64,000 bases of DNA, from the NCBI GenBank assembly GCA_964202905.1, contig CAXNJO010000007.1:1-64000 (forward strand), given 5' to 3'. The stretch's first letter is position 1; every line of letters begins with the position of its first letter. Shown here piece by piece: positions 43,122 through 52,439 of the stretch. Both the position numbers and the translations under genes were made by a program. The DNA is from Polyangiales bacterium (GTDB lineage Bacteria > Myxococcota_A > Polyangia > Polyangiales > JADJQN01). Below the pieces are notes generated by a model. That model ran no database searches, was not told the DNA's origin, and saw nothing but the letters and a program-made list of their open reading frames with translations.

Positions 43122-44381
43122 TCAGAAGCTCGTGAAGTCGTCGCTCGTGAACACGGCGCGCAGGAGCGCCTTCATGCGGTGGCCGCCGGCCGCGAAGTCC
43201 GCGCGCTCGGTCTCGATCACCGAGGTCGGCACGACGGAGAGCGTCGCGACGATGTCACCCTTGCCGAGCGCGAAGTTCCACGCGCGGGCGACGAAGCAGG
43301 CCTCGACGTCGGGGTCGGCCGCGAGCGCCGCGCCGAGCTCCGGGAGGTTCCGCGCGGCGATGCCGTGGCGCCAGCCCGTCTCCTCGCCCGCCGGGAGCCA
43401 GTCGGCGCGCACCGCGAGCGGCGCGTCGACGAGCGGCAGGCGCACGGCGAAGTCGTCCTGGAAGCGGCCCTCGTCGTCGAAGCGCGCGAAGAGCGGCGCG
43501 AGGTGGTTCATCGTCGCGTGGCAGTTCGCGCACGTCACGCTGCTGACGTCGTGGAAGTCGATGCGACCGCCGTTGTCCGCGCCCGCGATGCTCTCGAAGG
43601 GCCACGGCGCCGTGTAGGGCGAGGCGCCACCGACGTCCATCGGCGCGTCGATCTCCGCGGGGAACGCGGTGCACGCGAAGGTCTCCTGCACCCAGCGCGC
43701 GCGGCGGAAGGCGAGGTTCGAGCGGAAATGCGCCATCACGCCCGGGGTCGAGAGCACACCCGCGTGCGTGGGCACGCCGTTGTCGCAGTCGCCCGGCGAG
43801 ATGGTGCCATCGTCTGCGATGGTGGCGCATGCGCCGCTCTCGGCGGTGAAGAGTTCGGTGAGGGGGCGGTCTTCGAGGACGAGCCAGGTCGCGAACGCCG
43901 GCGCCTGGTCGAGCGCGCCGTTGTCGCCCGCGCGGAAGGTGTTGCGCCAGAACGCGAGCATCTGCCGGCGCAGCGCCGGCTCCTCGAGCCACGCATCGAT
44001 GAGCGACTCGTAGGCGCGCCGCGCGTCGCCGGCGCCGGCGACGAAGCGCGTCTCGACGAGCGTGGGCAGCGTGCCGCGCAGGCGGAGCGACGCGGTGCGG
44101 AGGGCTGCGCCGTAGTCGGGCGTGCGGGCCGCGAGGCGCGCCTGCCACTCGGCGGAGATCGCGCCCGAGGTGTCGGGCGCGTCGGCGTAGCCGTCGTCGA
44201 CGGGCGCGGTGCCTGCGTCGGCGCTGAGGTCGCCGCCGACCTCGCCCGCGTCGGGCGCGCCCGCACCGGCGTCGGCCGCGGGCGGCGTCGGCGCGTCGGG
44301 GTAGTCGTAGCCGCCGCAGCCGGCGGCGAGCAGGGTGACGAGGGCGGAGCAGATCGCGAGCCGAGGCGTGGGTCGGTTCAT
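43122..44381 (-). CDS. Lipoprotein with one CxxCH; DUF1549/DUF1588/DUF1585-like helical protein
   Basis: Lipobox AAGC; ASLRLRGTLPT, AGVLSTPG, CANCH and MKALLRAVFTSDDF. Confidence 0.75.
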   Translation of the reverse strand: MNRPTPRLAICSALVTLLAAGCGGYDYPDAPTPPAADAGAGAPDAGEVGGDLSADAGTAPVDDGYADAPDTSGAISAEWQARLAARTPDYGAALRTASLRLRGTLPTLVETRFVAGAGDARRAYESLIDAWLEEPALRRQMLAFWRNTFRAGDNGALDQAPAFATWLVLEDRPLTELFTAESGACATIADDGTISPGDCDNGVPTHAGVLSTPGVMAHFRSNLAFRRARWVQETFACTAFPAEIDAPMDVGGASPYTAPWPFESIAGADNGGRIDFHDVSSVTCANCHATMNHLAPLFARFDDEGRFQDDFAVRLPLVDAPLAVRADWLPAGEETGWRHGIAARNLPELGAALAADPDVEACFVARAWNFALGKGDIVATLSVVPTSVIETERADFAAGGHRMKALLRAVFTSDDFTSF

Positions 44382-44386
44382 GGGCG

Positions 44387-45505
44387 TCACTCCGAAGCGA
44401 GCCAGCGGAAGACCGCGAGCTGGAAGGTGTCACGTGCGTCGGTCGAGCCGAACTTGAAGTCGTGACCGACCGAGGACTCCGGGTCGCTCGCGAGCAGCAG
44501 CATGCTGCGCGCGACGTCGGCGCGGTTCACGCGGGTGAGGACCTCGTTGCAGGCGCTGCGCTGCGCGTCGTCGCCCGTGTCGAGCAATGGCCGCATGTCG
44601 ACGGCGGCCGTCGCGCCCGCGTTCCCGCCGCCGTGGCAGCTCGTGCAGCGGTTCATCAGCGCGGGCCGCGCGTGCTCGGTGAAGAGCGGGACTTGCGCGC
44701 AGCCGCTCGTGGGTGAGGGCGTCGGCGTGGGCGCGGGAGGCGCGACGGTCTGCGGGCCGATCGCATCGAAGTGCACCGCGAGCGACGAGCCCTCGGGGAA
44801 GTCGACGAGCACGAGCTCGGCGCCGCCGAGGGGCGCCGTCGTGCCGGGATCGACGTCGAGCTCGACGCCCTCGAAGGTGTCGAAGGCGTCCGCGACCGTG
44901 TCGCCGTCAACGAAGGCGAGGAAGACGGGGTGCACGACCACGGCGCCGTCCTCGCCCGCGACGAGCGTGATGTCCGAGAGCAGCAGGCCGCTCGCCGCAC
45001 GCGTCGCGATGAAGGTGATGCGCGCGCCCGCGAGGCCGAAGCCGGCGAGGTCGATGTCGTTGAAGCCAACGACGGGCGTGACGGGTGGGGTCAGCAGCGC
45101 GGGCTCGGGCGGCGTCGTCGACGCGTGGTCGGCGGCCTCGAGCGCGATCCACTGCTCGACGGTCGCGGCCTCGGTCGCCGTCCACGCGGGCCCGGAGTGC
45201 TCGCCCTTGGTGACGACGCGGCTGTCGTCGGGCGTGTCGAGATCGACGAGCGCGGGCCACGCGAGCAGCGAGGTGCGGAGGTCGGGCTCGGGCACGAGGA
45301 AGCCGGGGCCGGTGCGGTCGGCCGCGTGGCAGCCGAGGCAGCGCGTGCGGAGCAGCGGCTCGACGCGCGCGGCGAAGAAGGCCGCGGCGTCGGTCTCGGC
45401 GACGTCACCGGGCATCGTGAGCGCGACTACACCGGCGTTGCAGCCGGCGGTCGCGAGGGCGAACACGGGGAGCAGGAGGCTGCGGAGCAGGGTGGAGTGG
45501 CGCAC
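44387..45505 (-). CDS. Diheme c-type cytochrome lipoprotein
   Basis: Lipobox TAGC; CLGCH and CTSCH, each in an F...V.P.L..RC..CH domain, separated by a beta-rich domain. Confidence 0.8.
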   Translation of the reverse strand: MRHSTLLRSLLLPVFALATAGCNAGVVALTMPGDVAETDAAAFFAARVEPLLRTRCLGCHAADRTGPGFLVPEPDLRTSLLAWPALVDLDTPDDSRVVTKGEHSGPAWTATEAATVEQWIALEAADHASTTPPEPALLTPPVTPVVGFNDIDLAGFGLAGARITFIATRAASGLLLSDITLVAGEDGAVVVHPVFLAFVDGDTVADAFDTFEGVELDVDPGTTAPLGGAELVLVDFPEGSSLAVHFDAIGPQTVAPPAPTPTPSPTSGCAQVPLFTEHARPALMNRCTSCHGGGNAGATAAVDMRPLLDTGDDAQRSACNEVLTRVNRADVARSMLLLASDPESSVGHDFKFGSTDARDTFQLAVFRWLASE

Positions 45506-45517
45506 GCCAACCCATTC

Positions 45518-45533
45518 AGCACACGACGTGCCA
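45518..45533 (-). promoter_or_regulatory. Candidate sigma54 -24/-12 promoter
   Basis: Minus strand TGGCACGTCGTGTGCT = GG-N10-GC, one mismatch from the TGGCACG-N4-TTGCW consensus. Confidence 0.65.
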
Positions 45534-45677
45534 TGCGCCGTGAGGTCGAAATCCCTCGCAAAGACCGTGGATTGCCGAGGGTGGTGACGCCCGACCCCTC
45601 CCGCCCCGGCGCACGTCTGGAGGCCGGTGGGTTCGGGAGACCCCGCCCCTGCCGCGCCCGGCACGGTGGGCGCCACG

Positions 45678-45899
45678 TCAGTTGCAGCCGCAGCCGCCGC
45701 CGCCGCTGCCGAGCCCGCCGCTGCTGCCCTCGCGGACCTCGGTGGCGTGCTCCTCGCCGGCCGAGCGGTCACGGTTGCCCTCGAACTGCATGTCGGGGCG
45801 CGCGAGCTCTTCGCGCTCCCACGGGCTCACCGTCGCGCAGCCCGCGGTGGACGCGAGCGCGAAGGCGAAGGCGAGCACGGCGGTCGCGGGGCGCGGCAC
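45678..45899 (-). CDS. DUF4266-family small lipoprotein
   Basis: GCATVSPWERE.LA...M...H....REGSSGG...GGGCGCN signature. Confidence 0.92.
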   Translation of the reverse strand: MPRPATAVLAFAFALASTAGCATVSPWEREELARPDMQFEGNRDRSAGEEHATEVREGSSGGLGSGGGGCGCN

Positions 45900-45958
45900 G
45901 GCGCCGACCGTAACACGCGGGTTGCGGCGCGTGACGCGCGTCCGGTACGGTCACGAGG

Positions 45959-46489
45959 ATGTCGACGCGCGGCCCGTCTCCCCGTCCCCGCGTCGCGCTG
46001 CGCGTGCCCGACGCGGTGCGCGCCGTGGGCTGCGCGTTTCTCGTCGCCGGCGGCATGGTGATCGGCGCGGGCTGCGCCGCGGAGGACACGCCGGCCGAGC
46101 CGCGTCGCCCCGACCGCGCGGCGTTCGACGCGACCATCTATCCCATCCTGCTGCGTGACTGCGGCTTCGTCGCCTGTCACGGCGATGGCGGGCGCGCGTT
46201 CCGCGTCGTCGGGCCCGGGCGTGCGCGGCTCGATCCGCTCGACGCGCCCGACACGCCGCCGACCGCGGCCGAGCTCGACGCGACGTACGAGCGCAGCGTC
46301 TCGATGCTGGCGACGGCCGAGACGCCGGGCGACACGCTGCTCCTGCGCAAGCCGCTCGACGCGGCCGCCGGTGGCGGCGCGCATCGCGGTGTCGATCGCT
46401 TCGGCCGCAACGTCTACGCCTCGCGCGAGGATCCGTCGTGGCAGGCGCTCGAGGCGTGGGTCGAGACGGCCTGGGAGGCGGCGCCATGA
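45959..46489 (+). CDS. Lipoprotein with an atypical CX4CH cytochrome c-like domain
   Basis: Lipobox GAGC; FDATIYPILLRDCGFVACHG, LLLRKPL, AHRG and LEAWV. Confidence 0.75.
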   Translation: MSTRGPSPRPRVALRVPDAVRAVGCAFLVAGGMVIGAGCAAEDTPAEPRRPDRAAFDATIYPILLRDCGFVACHGDGGRAFRVVGPGRARLDPLDAPDTPPTAAELDATYERSVSMLATAETPGDTLLLRKPLDAAAGGGAHRGVDRFGRNVYASREDPSWQALEAWVETAWEAAP

Positions 46490-47292
46490 GTCGCGCTCGC
46501 GTCGTGCGGCGTGGGCGCATCGGCGCCGTGGCGCTGGGCGGTGCGCTCGTCGCCATGGTGCCCATGGGTGCGCGCGCGTGGTCGGACGGCGCGGACTTCG
46601 AGCGCGCGGCGATCGAGGGGGGCGGGGGCGGGCGGCACTTCACGGGCTCGCCCGCGGATGGCTACACGTGCGCGGTCTGTCACGGCGACGCGCCGACCGC
46701 GCCACCGCGCCTCGAGGGGCTGCCCGCCGAGGGGTACGCGCCAGGCACGACGTACGCGCTCACGGCCGACTGGGGGCCCGACGCGCGGCGTGCGGGGCTC
46801 GCGCTCGAGCTCGTCGATGCGCGGGGCGCCGCGGTCGGCACGCTCGCGCTGCGGGGCGACGGCGACGAAGACGAGCGGTGCCGGGACGATGGGACGGGCG
46901 CGACGCCGCGCGCGGCCCGTCTCGTGACGCCCGCCGCCGGGGAGTCACCCCGCGCCGTGCTCGTCGTCGACGGGTGCGGGGCCTCGGCCACGCGCTGGTC
47001 GTGGACGGCGCCCGCCCGCGCGCAGGGCCCGGTGTTCGTCGAGGCGTCGTTCGTGCGCGCGAACGGCACGGGCGGGCCGGACGGCGACGCGACGGCCCAC
47101 CTCGAGGTGCAGGTGCCGCCGGCGCAGGTCGCGCCCGAGGTGCGCGCGGTGGGCGGCGGATGCGCGGCTGCGGGCGGGTCGCCGTGGCCATCACGCCGCG
47201 TGCCCGCGGCGTTCGGCGCGGCGCTGCTCGTGCTCGTCGCCCGTGCCCGGTCGCGTCGTCGCTGGGTGCGGATCACCCAGCGGGTCGACTGA
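46486..47292 (+). CDS. Secreted CxxCH plus Reeler-like domain protein with a MYXO-CTERM-like tail
   Basis: Signal peptide; TGSP...CAVCHG, Y.PG.TY, WSWTAP and ANG.G...GD; GGGC plus hydrophobic helix and Arg tail. Confidence 0.75.
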   Translation: MSRARVVRRGRIGAVALGGALVAMVPMGARAWSDGADFERAAIEGGGGGRHFTGSPADGYTCAVCHGDAPTAPPRLEGLPAEGYAPGTTYALTADWGPDARRAGLALELVDARGAAVGTLALRGDGDEDERCRDDGTGATPRAARLVTPAAGESPRAVLVVDGCGASATRWSWTAPARAQGPVFVEASFVRANGTGGPDGDATAHLEVQVPPAQVAPEVRAVGGGCAAAGGSPWPSRRVPAAFGAALLVLVARARSRRRWVRITQRVD

Positions 47293-47307
47293 CGCGGTGG
47301 TTGGCGC

Positions 47308-48645
47308 TCAGCGGCGGTACACGGCCGAGAGCGTGACCCACCGCTCGACGTCGACCGCGTCGCCGCGCGGGCCGGTCGACACGAGGGCGTGCGCCTCGCG
47401 GTACATCGCCTCGAGCGCGAACGCGTCGAAGAGGCCGAGCGTCGCGCCGCCCTCGAAGCCGAGCGTCACGCCGCCCGCGCCCGCCCCGAGGCCCTGCAGC
47501 GCGCTCGACACGATCGCGAGCCACTGGACGTCCGCGCCGAGCGTGAAGGCGAAGCGCGCGCCGAGGGGGAGCGTCGCGCCGAGCCGCGCGTGCGGTCCGG
47601 CGAGCCCGTAGTCGGGCAGGGCCACGAGCGCGTTCGACGAGAAGGCGCGCGTCGAGAAGCCGAGCGCGGCCTCGATCGACGCGGCGTGCGGGGACGCGCC
47701 GAGCCGGTAGCCGAGCCCGACGTCGACGCTCACCGATTGCGCGCGGGAGGCGGTGATGCGCGTGGTGCCGTCGAGGCGCCGATCCGTCGTGCGGAGGCCG
47801 GCGGAGGTCAGGTAGCGCACGCGCCCGCGGACCGTGAGGCGCGCGCCCGCCTCGGGCTCGACGGCGACCCCGAGCGCGAGGCCGACGGCGGGGAAGGGAT
47901 CCGTCGCGAGCCGCACGGCCGCGCCCGACGCGCCCGCAGGCCCGTCGAACGCGCGCATCCCGAGGCCGCCACCGACGCCGAGCGTGAAGCGCACGCGGCT
48001 GCTCGACCCCTCCGCGCGGGCTTCGCCAGCGTCGGCCTCCGCGTCGGCCTCCGCGTCGGCCTCCGCGTCCGCATCGGGCGGTCCGCCACGCTCGCCGGGG
48101 CGCGTGAGCGCTGCGACCGCGAGGCGCGTCTCGGCGAGCACCGTGCGCACCGTCGGCAGATCGAGTCGACCGCCCGCGCCGACCGGGTGGCGCTCCTCGA
48201 GCATCACGAGGCCGGTGCGCCCCTCGCGGTACGTGATCCGCGCGAGCCGCGCGCGCGCGGTCGCCGAGACGACGACGACGAGCACGACGTCGGCCTCGGG
48301 GAGAAAGCGCTCGAACGCCTCGTCGGACACGGGCGCGAGCCCGGCGTCGCGCGCCGAGATGACGTAGTCGCCCGCGTCGACCACGTCGCCGGCCTCGATG
48401 AGCACGTCGCGCAGCGCCTGCACGACGTAGGCGGGCGTGCCGCGCTCGCCGAGCACGAGGATGCGCGGCTGCGTCCACGCGCCGGGGTCGGGCGTCAGTG
48501 CTCCGTCATCGCCGGAATCTTCTGTGATGTCAGTATCATACGGCTCTTGCGCGCGCAGCGGCGCGGGCGCGCAGAGCGCGGCTGCGAGCGCGCCGAGGAG
48601 CGCGGCGGAGAGCACCGCGCGCGCCGTGTCGCGCGATTTGTTCAC
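47308..48645 (-). CDS. Secreted protein with a predicted C-terminal outer-membrane beta-barrel
   Basis: Signal peptide, alpha/beta N-domain, acidic DAEA linker, amphipathic beta-strands ending LSAVYRR; overlaps the DUF3570 stop. Confidence 0.65.
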   Translation of the reverse strand: MNKSRDTARAVLSAALLGALAAALCAPAPLRAQEPYDTDITEDSGDDGALTPDPGAWTQPRILVLGERGTPAYVVQALRDVLIEAGDVVDAGDYVISARDAGLAPVSDEAFERFLPEADVVLVVVVSATARARLARITYREGRTGLVMLEERHPVGAGGRLDLPTVRTVLAETRLAVAALTRPGERGGPPDADAEADAEADAEADAGEARAEGSSSRVRFTLGVGGGLGMRAFDGPAGASGAAVRLATDPFPAVGLALGVAVEPEAGARLTVRGRVRYLTSAGLRTTDRRLDGTTRITASRAQSVSVDVGLGYRLGASPHAASIEAALGFSTRAFSSNALVALPDYGLAGPHARLGATLPLGARFAFTLGADVQWLAIVSSALQGLGAGAGGVTLGFEGGATLGLFDAFALEAMYREAHALVSTGPRGDAVDVERWVTLSAVYRR

Positions 48646-49784
48646 AGCGTCACCTCGGCGGAGAGGGTCACGTCGAGCGCGAGCACGCGGTCGAGCCCGA
48701 CGAAGTCGTCGTAGGTGAGCAGCGCGCCGCCGACGACGAGCGTCGTCCGCAGCTCGGGGCCGGCGTCGGTGAGGTCGATGCGCTGCTCCCACGAGAGCTC
48801 GGCGCGGTGGTGGAACATCGCCGAGAGCTCCTTGTCCCGCGTGACGTAGAGGATCTGCGCGCTCGGCACGCCATAGCGCGGCCGGTAGAACGTAGCCGCG
48901 GACTGCCGGTAGAAGCGGTAGCCGAGTGAGAGGGTCGTGCGCTCGAAGGGGAGCCACGCGGCGCTCGCGAGCGCGGTGTGCGAGACGAGGCCCCAGTCGT
49001 CGAGGTAGAGGCGGTACGTCGCGCCGAGCGAGCCCGACGCGCCGAGCGAGCGACGGAAGCGCGCCGCGACCGCGTGCCGCGTGCGCAACCCCGGGTGGCT
49101 CTCCGGCAGGCAGAGCACCGCGCTGCCGGCGCAGAGGCCGTCGCCGCCGACGCCGACGAAGCGGTACGGGCTCGCGAGGTAGCCTTCGCGGCGGCCGAAC
49201 TCGTAGCTGCCCTGCAGGATCGTGTGCGGGTCGAGGATCTGCGTGTAGGTCGCGCGGCCGCCGACGGTCGCGAGCCCCCGCGCGAAGCCCTGATCGCCCG
49301 AGCGCCCGACCACGTCGTAACTCGCGTTCAGCGCGGCCTCGAGCGTCGCGGCGCCCTCGCCGAGCTCCTGGGCGAGGCGCAGCGAGCCGCCGTGCGAGAC
49401 GTAGTCGGGCTCGACCGAGACGCGGTAGCCGCCGCCGATCGTCGTCTCGTCGAGCTCGCGCGAGACGGAGACGGAGAGCTCGTCGCGCTGCTCGTGCACC
49501 GCGCGTGTCGCGGCCGTGCGAATGTCGATCGACGCGCTCGTCCAGACGTCCGCGGTGTACGCGGCTTCGACGCGTGTGCGGTCCTCGTCGAGCAGCACGG
49601 CGGCGCGCACGCGGGGCGCGTAGACGGTCGTGCCGTCGCTGTCCGTGCGCACGAAGCCGCCCGCGGCGAGCTCGTCCGCGGCGCCGCGCCCTGGGAGCGC
49701 GAGCGCGCCGATGAGCAACAGCGCCCAGCCGCGCGCGGAGGGCAGCGCGGTCGCGGGGACGAGGCGGGGCAGGCGGGCGCGCAC
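48642..49784 (-). CDS. DUF3570-family predicted outer-membrane beta-barrel (start uncertain)
   Basis: DVWTSAS.D, S.EPDY.S, GYLASPYR, E.HP..R, YRLYLDDWG..SHT, YRFYRQ.AA.FY and T.DKELS. Confidence 0.88.
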   Translation of the reverse strand: MRARLPRLVPATALPSARGWALLLIGALALPGRGAADELAAGGFVRTDSDGTTVYAPRVRAAVLLDEDRTRVEAAYTADVWTSASIDIRTAATRAVHEQRDELSVSVSRELDETTIGGGYRVSVEPDYVSHGGSLRLAQELGEGAATLEAALNASYDVVGRSGDQGFARGLATVGGRATYTQILDPHTILQGSYEFGRREGYLASPYRFVGVGGDGLCAGSAVLCLPESHPGLRTRHAVAARFRRSLGASGSLGATYRLYLDDWGLVSHTALASAAWLPFERTTLSLGYRFYRQSAATFYRPRYGVPSAQILYVTRDKELSAMFHHRAELSWEQRIDLTDAGPELRTTLVVGGALLTYDDFVGLDRVLALDVTLSAEVTL

Positions 49785-49985
49785 GGCGGGCTGCAGGGTA
49801 ACAGCCCCGGGGCGTTCGCGGGCTCGAAGTTGGCGACCGGGCGCTGCGCCGCTCGGGAAGGTCCTGTGCCTGCCGCGGGCCGCGACTCGCGCGTCCGTCG
49901 GGGGGGCGCCACGGCGTCTGCGCGCACTTGTACGTCGCTGCGCGGTGCCTACCTGCGGCGCGTCCCCCGGGGCGGGGCGGAGCCG

Positions 49986-51215
49986 ATGGCAGCGCGCAAA
50001 CGATGGACGAAGAGGCGGGCGTTCGCCCTCGCGGCGGGCTTGCTGCTCGTCGTCGGCGTCGCCGTGGTCGGCGTGCGTCTCGCGTTCGGGCCGCGCGTGT
50101 CGATCGTCCGGGTCGCGTCGCGCGAGGTCGTGCAGACGGTGGTCGCGACGGGTCGGGTCGCGCCCGCGGCGCGCGGCGCGCTCGGCCTCGCGGCGGCCGG
50201 CGTGGTGCGGGCGGTGTACGTGGTGCAGGGGGCGCGCGTCGAGGCCGGTCAGGTGCTGCTCGCGCTCGACGACGCCGAGTCGCAGGCGCAGCTGGCGCAG
50301 GCGCGGGCCAGGCTCGCGGCGGCGCAGGCCGGGGTGCTGTCGTCGCGCGGCGTGCGCGCGCCGCTCGCGGCGCAGGGCGCGTTGCAGGCGGCGATCGCGG
50401 TCGAGCGCGCCACGGCGGAGCTCGCGCGTCGCGTCCGCCTGCACGCGGCGGGCGCGGTGTCCGAGGTGGACGTCGACGAGGCACGGCGCGCGCTCGCGCT
50501 CGTCGAGAGTCAGGCGCGCGGGGCCGCGGTGCAGCGCGCGGCGCTCGGCGCAGGCGGGGCAGAGTCGCGCGCCGCGTCCGCGCAGCTCGCGGAGGCGACG
50601 GCGGCGGTCGCGGCGGCCGAGCAACGCCTCGCGCAGATGCAGCTCGTCGCGCGCGCGCCGGGCGTCGTCGCGGCGCGACACGTCGAGCCGGGCGACGTCG
50701 CGCAGCCCGGGCGCGTGCTGCTCGAGGTGCCGTTCGACGGGCCGCTCGAGCTGGTCATCACGCCCGACGAGCAGAACCTCGCGCTCCTGCGCCCCGGGCA
50801 GCCCGCGCTCGCGAGCGCCGACGCCTTCCCCGACGCGCGTTTCGCGGCGCGGGTCGCGCGGATCGCGCCCTCGGTCGATGCGCGGCGCGGCACGATCGAG
50901 GTGCACCTCGCCGTCCCGTCGACGCCGCGCGTGCTGCGTCCCGAGATGACGGTGAGCGTCGAGATCGAGGCTGCGCGCCGCGCGCGCGCCGTCGCGCTCC
51001 CTGCGCGGCTCGTCCGCGACGCGGGCACGCCGCGGCCGTGGGTGCTGGTCGTCGAGGGCACGCGCGCCGTGCGCCGCGCCGTGCGGCTCGGGCTGCGCGG
51101 CGACGACACGCTGGAGATCGCCGGCGGCCTCCGCGTCGGCGAGTTCGTGATCGACGACGTTGCGCGCGCGCCCGGCGACCGCGTGCGCCCCGAGCCCGCT
51201 GCGGGAGCGCGCTGA
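49986..51215 (+). CDS. Membrane fusion protein (efflux periplasmic adaptor)
   Basis: N-terminal TM; lipoyl-like G.V..GQVLL.LD; helical hairpin; AP..GVV, DE, LRPEMTV and GL..GE.V. Confidence 0.9.
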   Translation: MAARKRWTKRRAFALAAGLLLVVGVAVVGVRLAFGPRVSIVRVASREVVQTVVATGRVAPAARGALGLAAAGVVRAVYVVQGARVEAGQVLLALDDAESQAQLAQARARLAAAQAGVLSSRGVRAPLAAQGALQAAIAVERATAELARRVRLHAAGAVSEVDVDEARRALALVESQARGAAVQRAALGAGGAESRAASAQLAEATAAVAAAEQRLAQMQLVARAPGVVAARHVEPGDVAQPGRVLLEVPFDGPLELVITPDEQNLALLRPGQPALASADAFPDARFAARVARIAPSVDARRGTIEVHLAVPSTPRVLRPEMTVSVEIEAARRARAVALPARLVRDAGTPRPWVLVVEGTRAVRRAVRLGLRGDDTLEIAGGLRVGEFVIDDVARAPGDRVRPEPAAGAR

Positions 51216-51217
51216 GC

Positions 51218-52439
51218 ATGCCGCTCGAGTGGTACGTCGCGTTTCGCTTCCTGCGCGAGGGGCGCGTGCAGACCCTCCTCATCGTCGCGGGCGCAGCGAT
51301 CGGGGTCACCGTCATGGTCTTCCTCTCCGCGCTGATGAGCGGCCTGCAGACGAGCCTCGTCGCGCAGACGCTCGGCACGCAGCCGCACATCGTCGTGCGT
51401 CCCCCCGACGAGGCCGCGCGGCCGCAACGCGCCTCGACGGAAGGCACCGCGGTCCTCGCGCGGGTCGGCCGCACGGCGCAGCGCGCGCAGAGCCTCGTCG
51501 CCTGGCAGCAGGTCACGCGCGAGGTCTCCCGCGCCGCGGGCGTCCGCGCCGTCTCGCCCACGGCGTCGGGGCCGATCTTCGCGCAGCGGGGCGAGGCCTC
51601 GCGCGCGGCGGTGATCTTCGGCGTCGACCCGGCCCGCTTCTCGGCGATCTATCCGATCGCGGTCGCGCCTCCGCGCAGGCGCCTTCCGGCCCGTCGGCGA
51701 CGCCTGCGTCGTCGGCAGTGAGCTCGCGCGCGAACTCGGCGTCGGCGTCGGTGGCACGCTGCGCCTCACCGCGAGCGATGGCGCGAGCGAGGCCTTCACC
51801 GTGAGCGGCGTCTTCGACCTCGGCAACCGCGAGGTCAACCGCCGCTGGGTCATCGTCTCGCTCCGCGCGGCGCAGACGCTCCTCGCGCTCGAGGGCGGTG
51901 TCACGAGCCTCGAGGTCACCGTGGACGACGTCTTCGCGGCGACGCGGATCGCCGACGCCGTCGCCGCGCGCACGGGTCTCGTGGCCGACAGCTGGATGGT
52001 GACGAACGCGCAGCTGATGGTCGGGCTGCGCTCGCAGGACAGCTCCTCGACGCTCATCCAGGTCTTCGTCGTGCTCGCCGTCGCGATGGGCATCGCGAGC
52101 GTCCTCATCGTCTCGGTCGTCCAGAAACAGAAAGAAATCGGGATCTTGCGCGCGATGGGGGCGACCCGTCGCAGCGTCCTGATCGTCTTCCTGTTGCAGG
52201 GCGCGCTCGTCGGGCTCGCGGGCTCGCTCCTCGGCGCGGGGCTCGGCGCGTCGCTCGGCGAACTCTTCGTGTCGGTCGCGCGCGCGGCCGATGGATCGCC
52301 GCTCTTCCCCGTCTCGGTGACGCCAGCGCTCCTCGCGCGCTCGACGTTCGTGGCCGTCGCGACGGGCGTCTTCGCGGCGGTGCTGCCCGCGCGCCGCGCG
52401 GCACGCCTCGATCCCGCGGTGGCGATCCGCCATGGCTGA
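51218..52439 (+). CDS. FtsX/MacB/LolC-like ABC permease; one frameshift near 51661
   Basis: [12 protein letters not shown] and EIGILRAMG...[10 protein letters not shown]; removing one G joins the frames. Confidence 0.88.

Noticed and set aside
47308..50906. Very long Arg/Ala/Pro-rich ORFs and overlapping antisense ORFs here and throughout the window
   Set aside because: They are shadow frames expected at this GC content; only the segments with family motifs and G/C-ending codons were kept.
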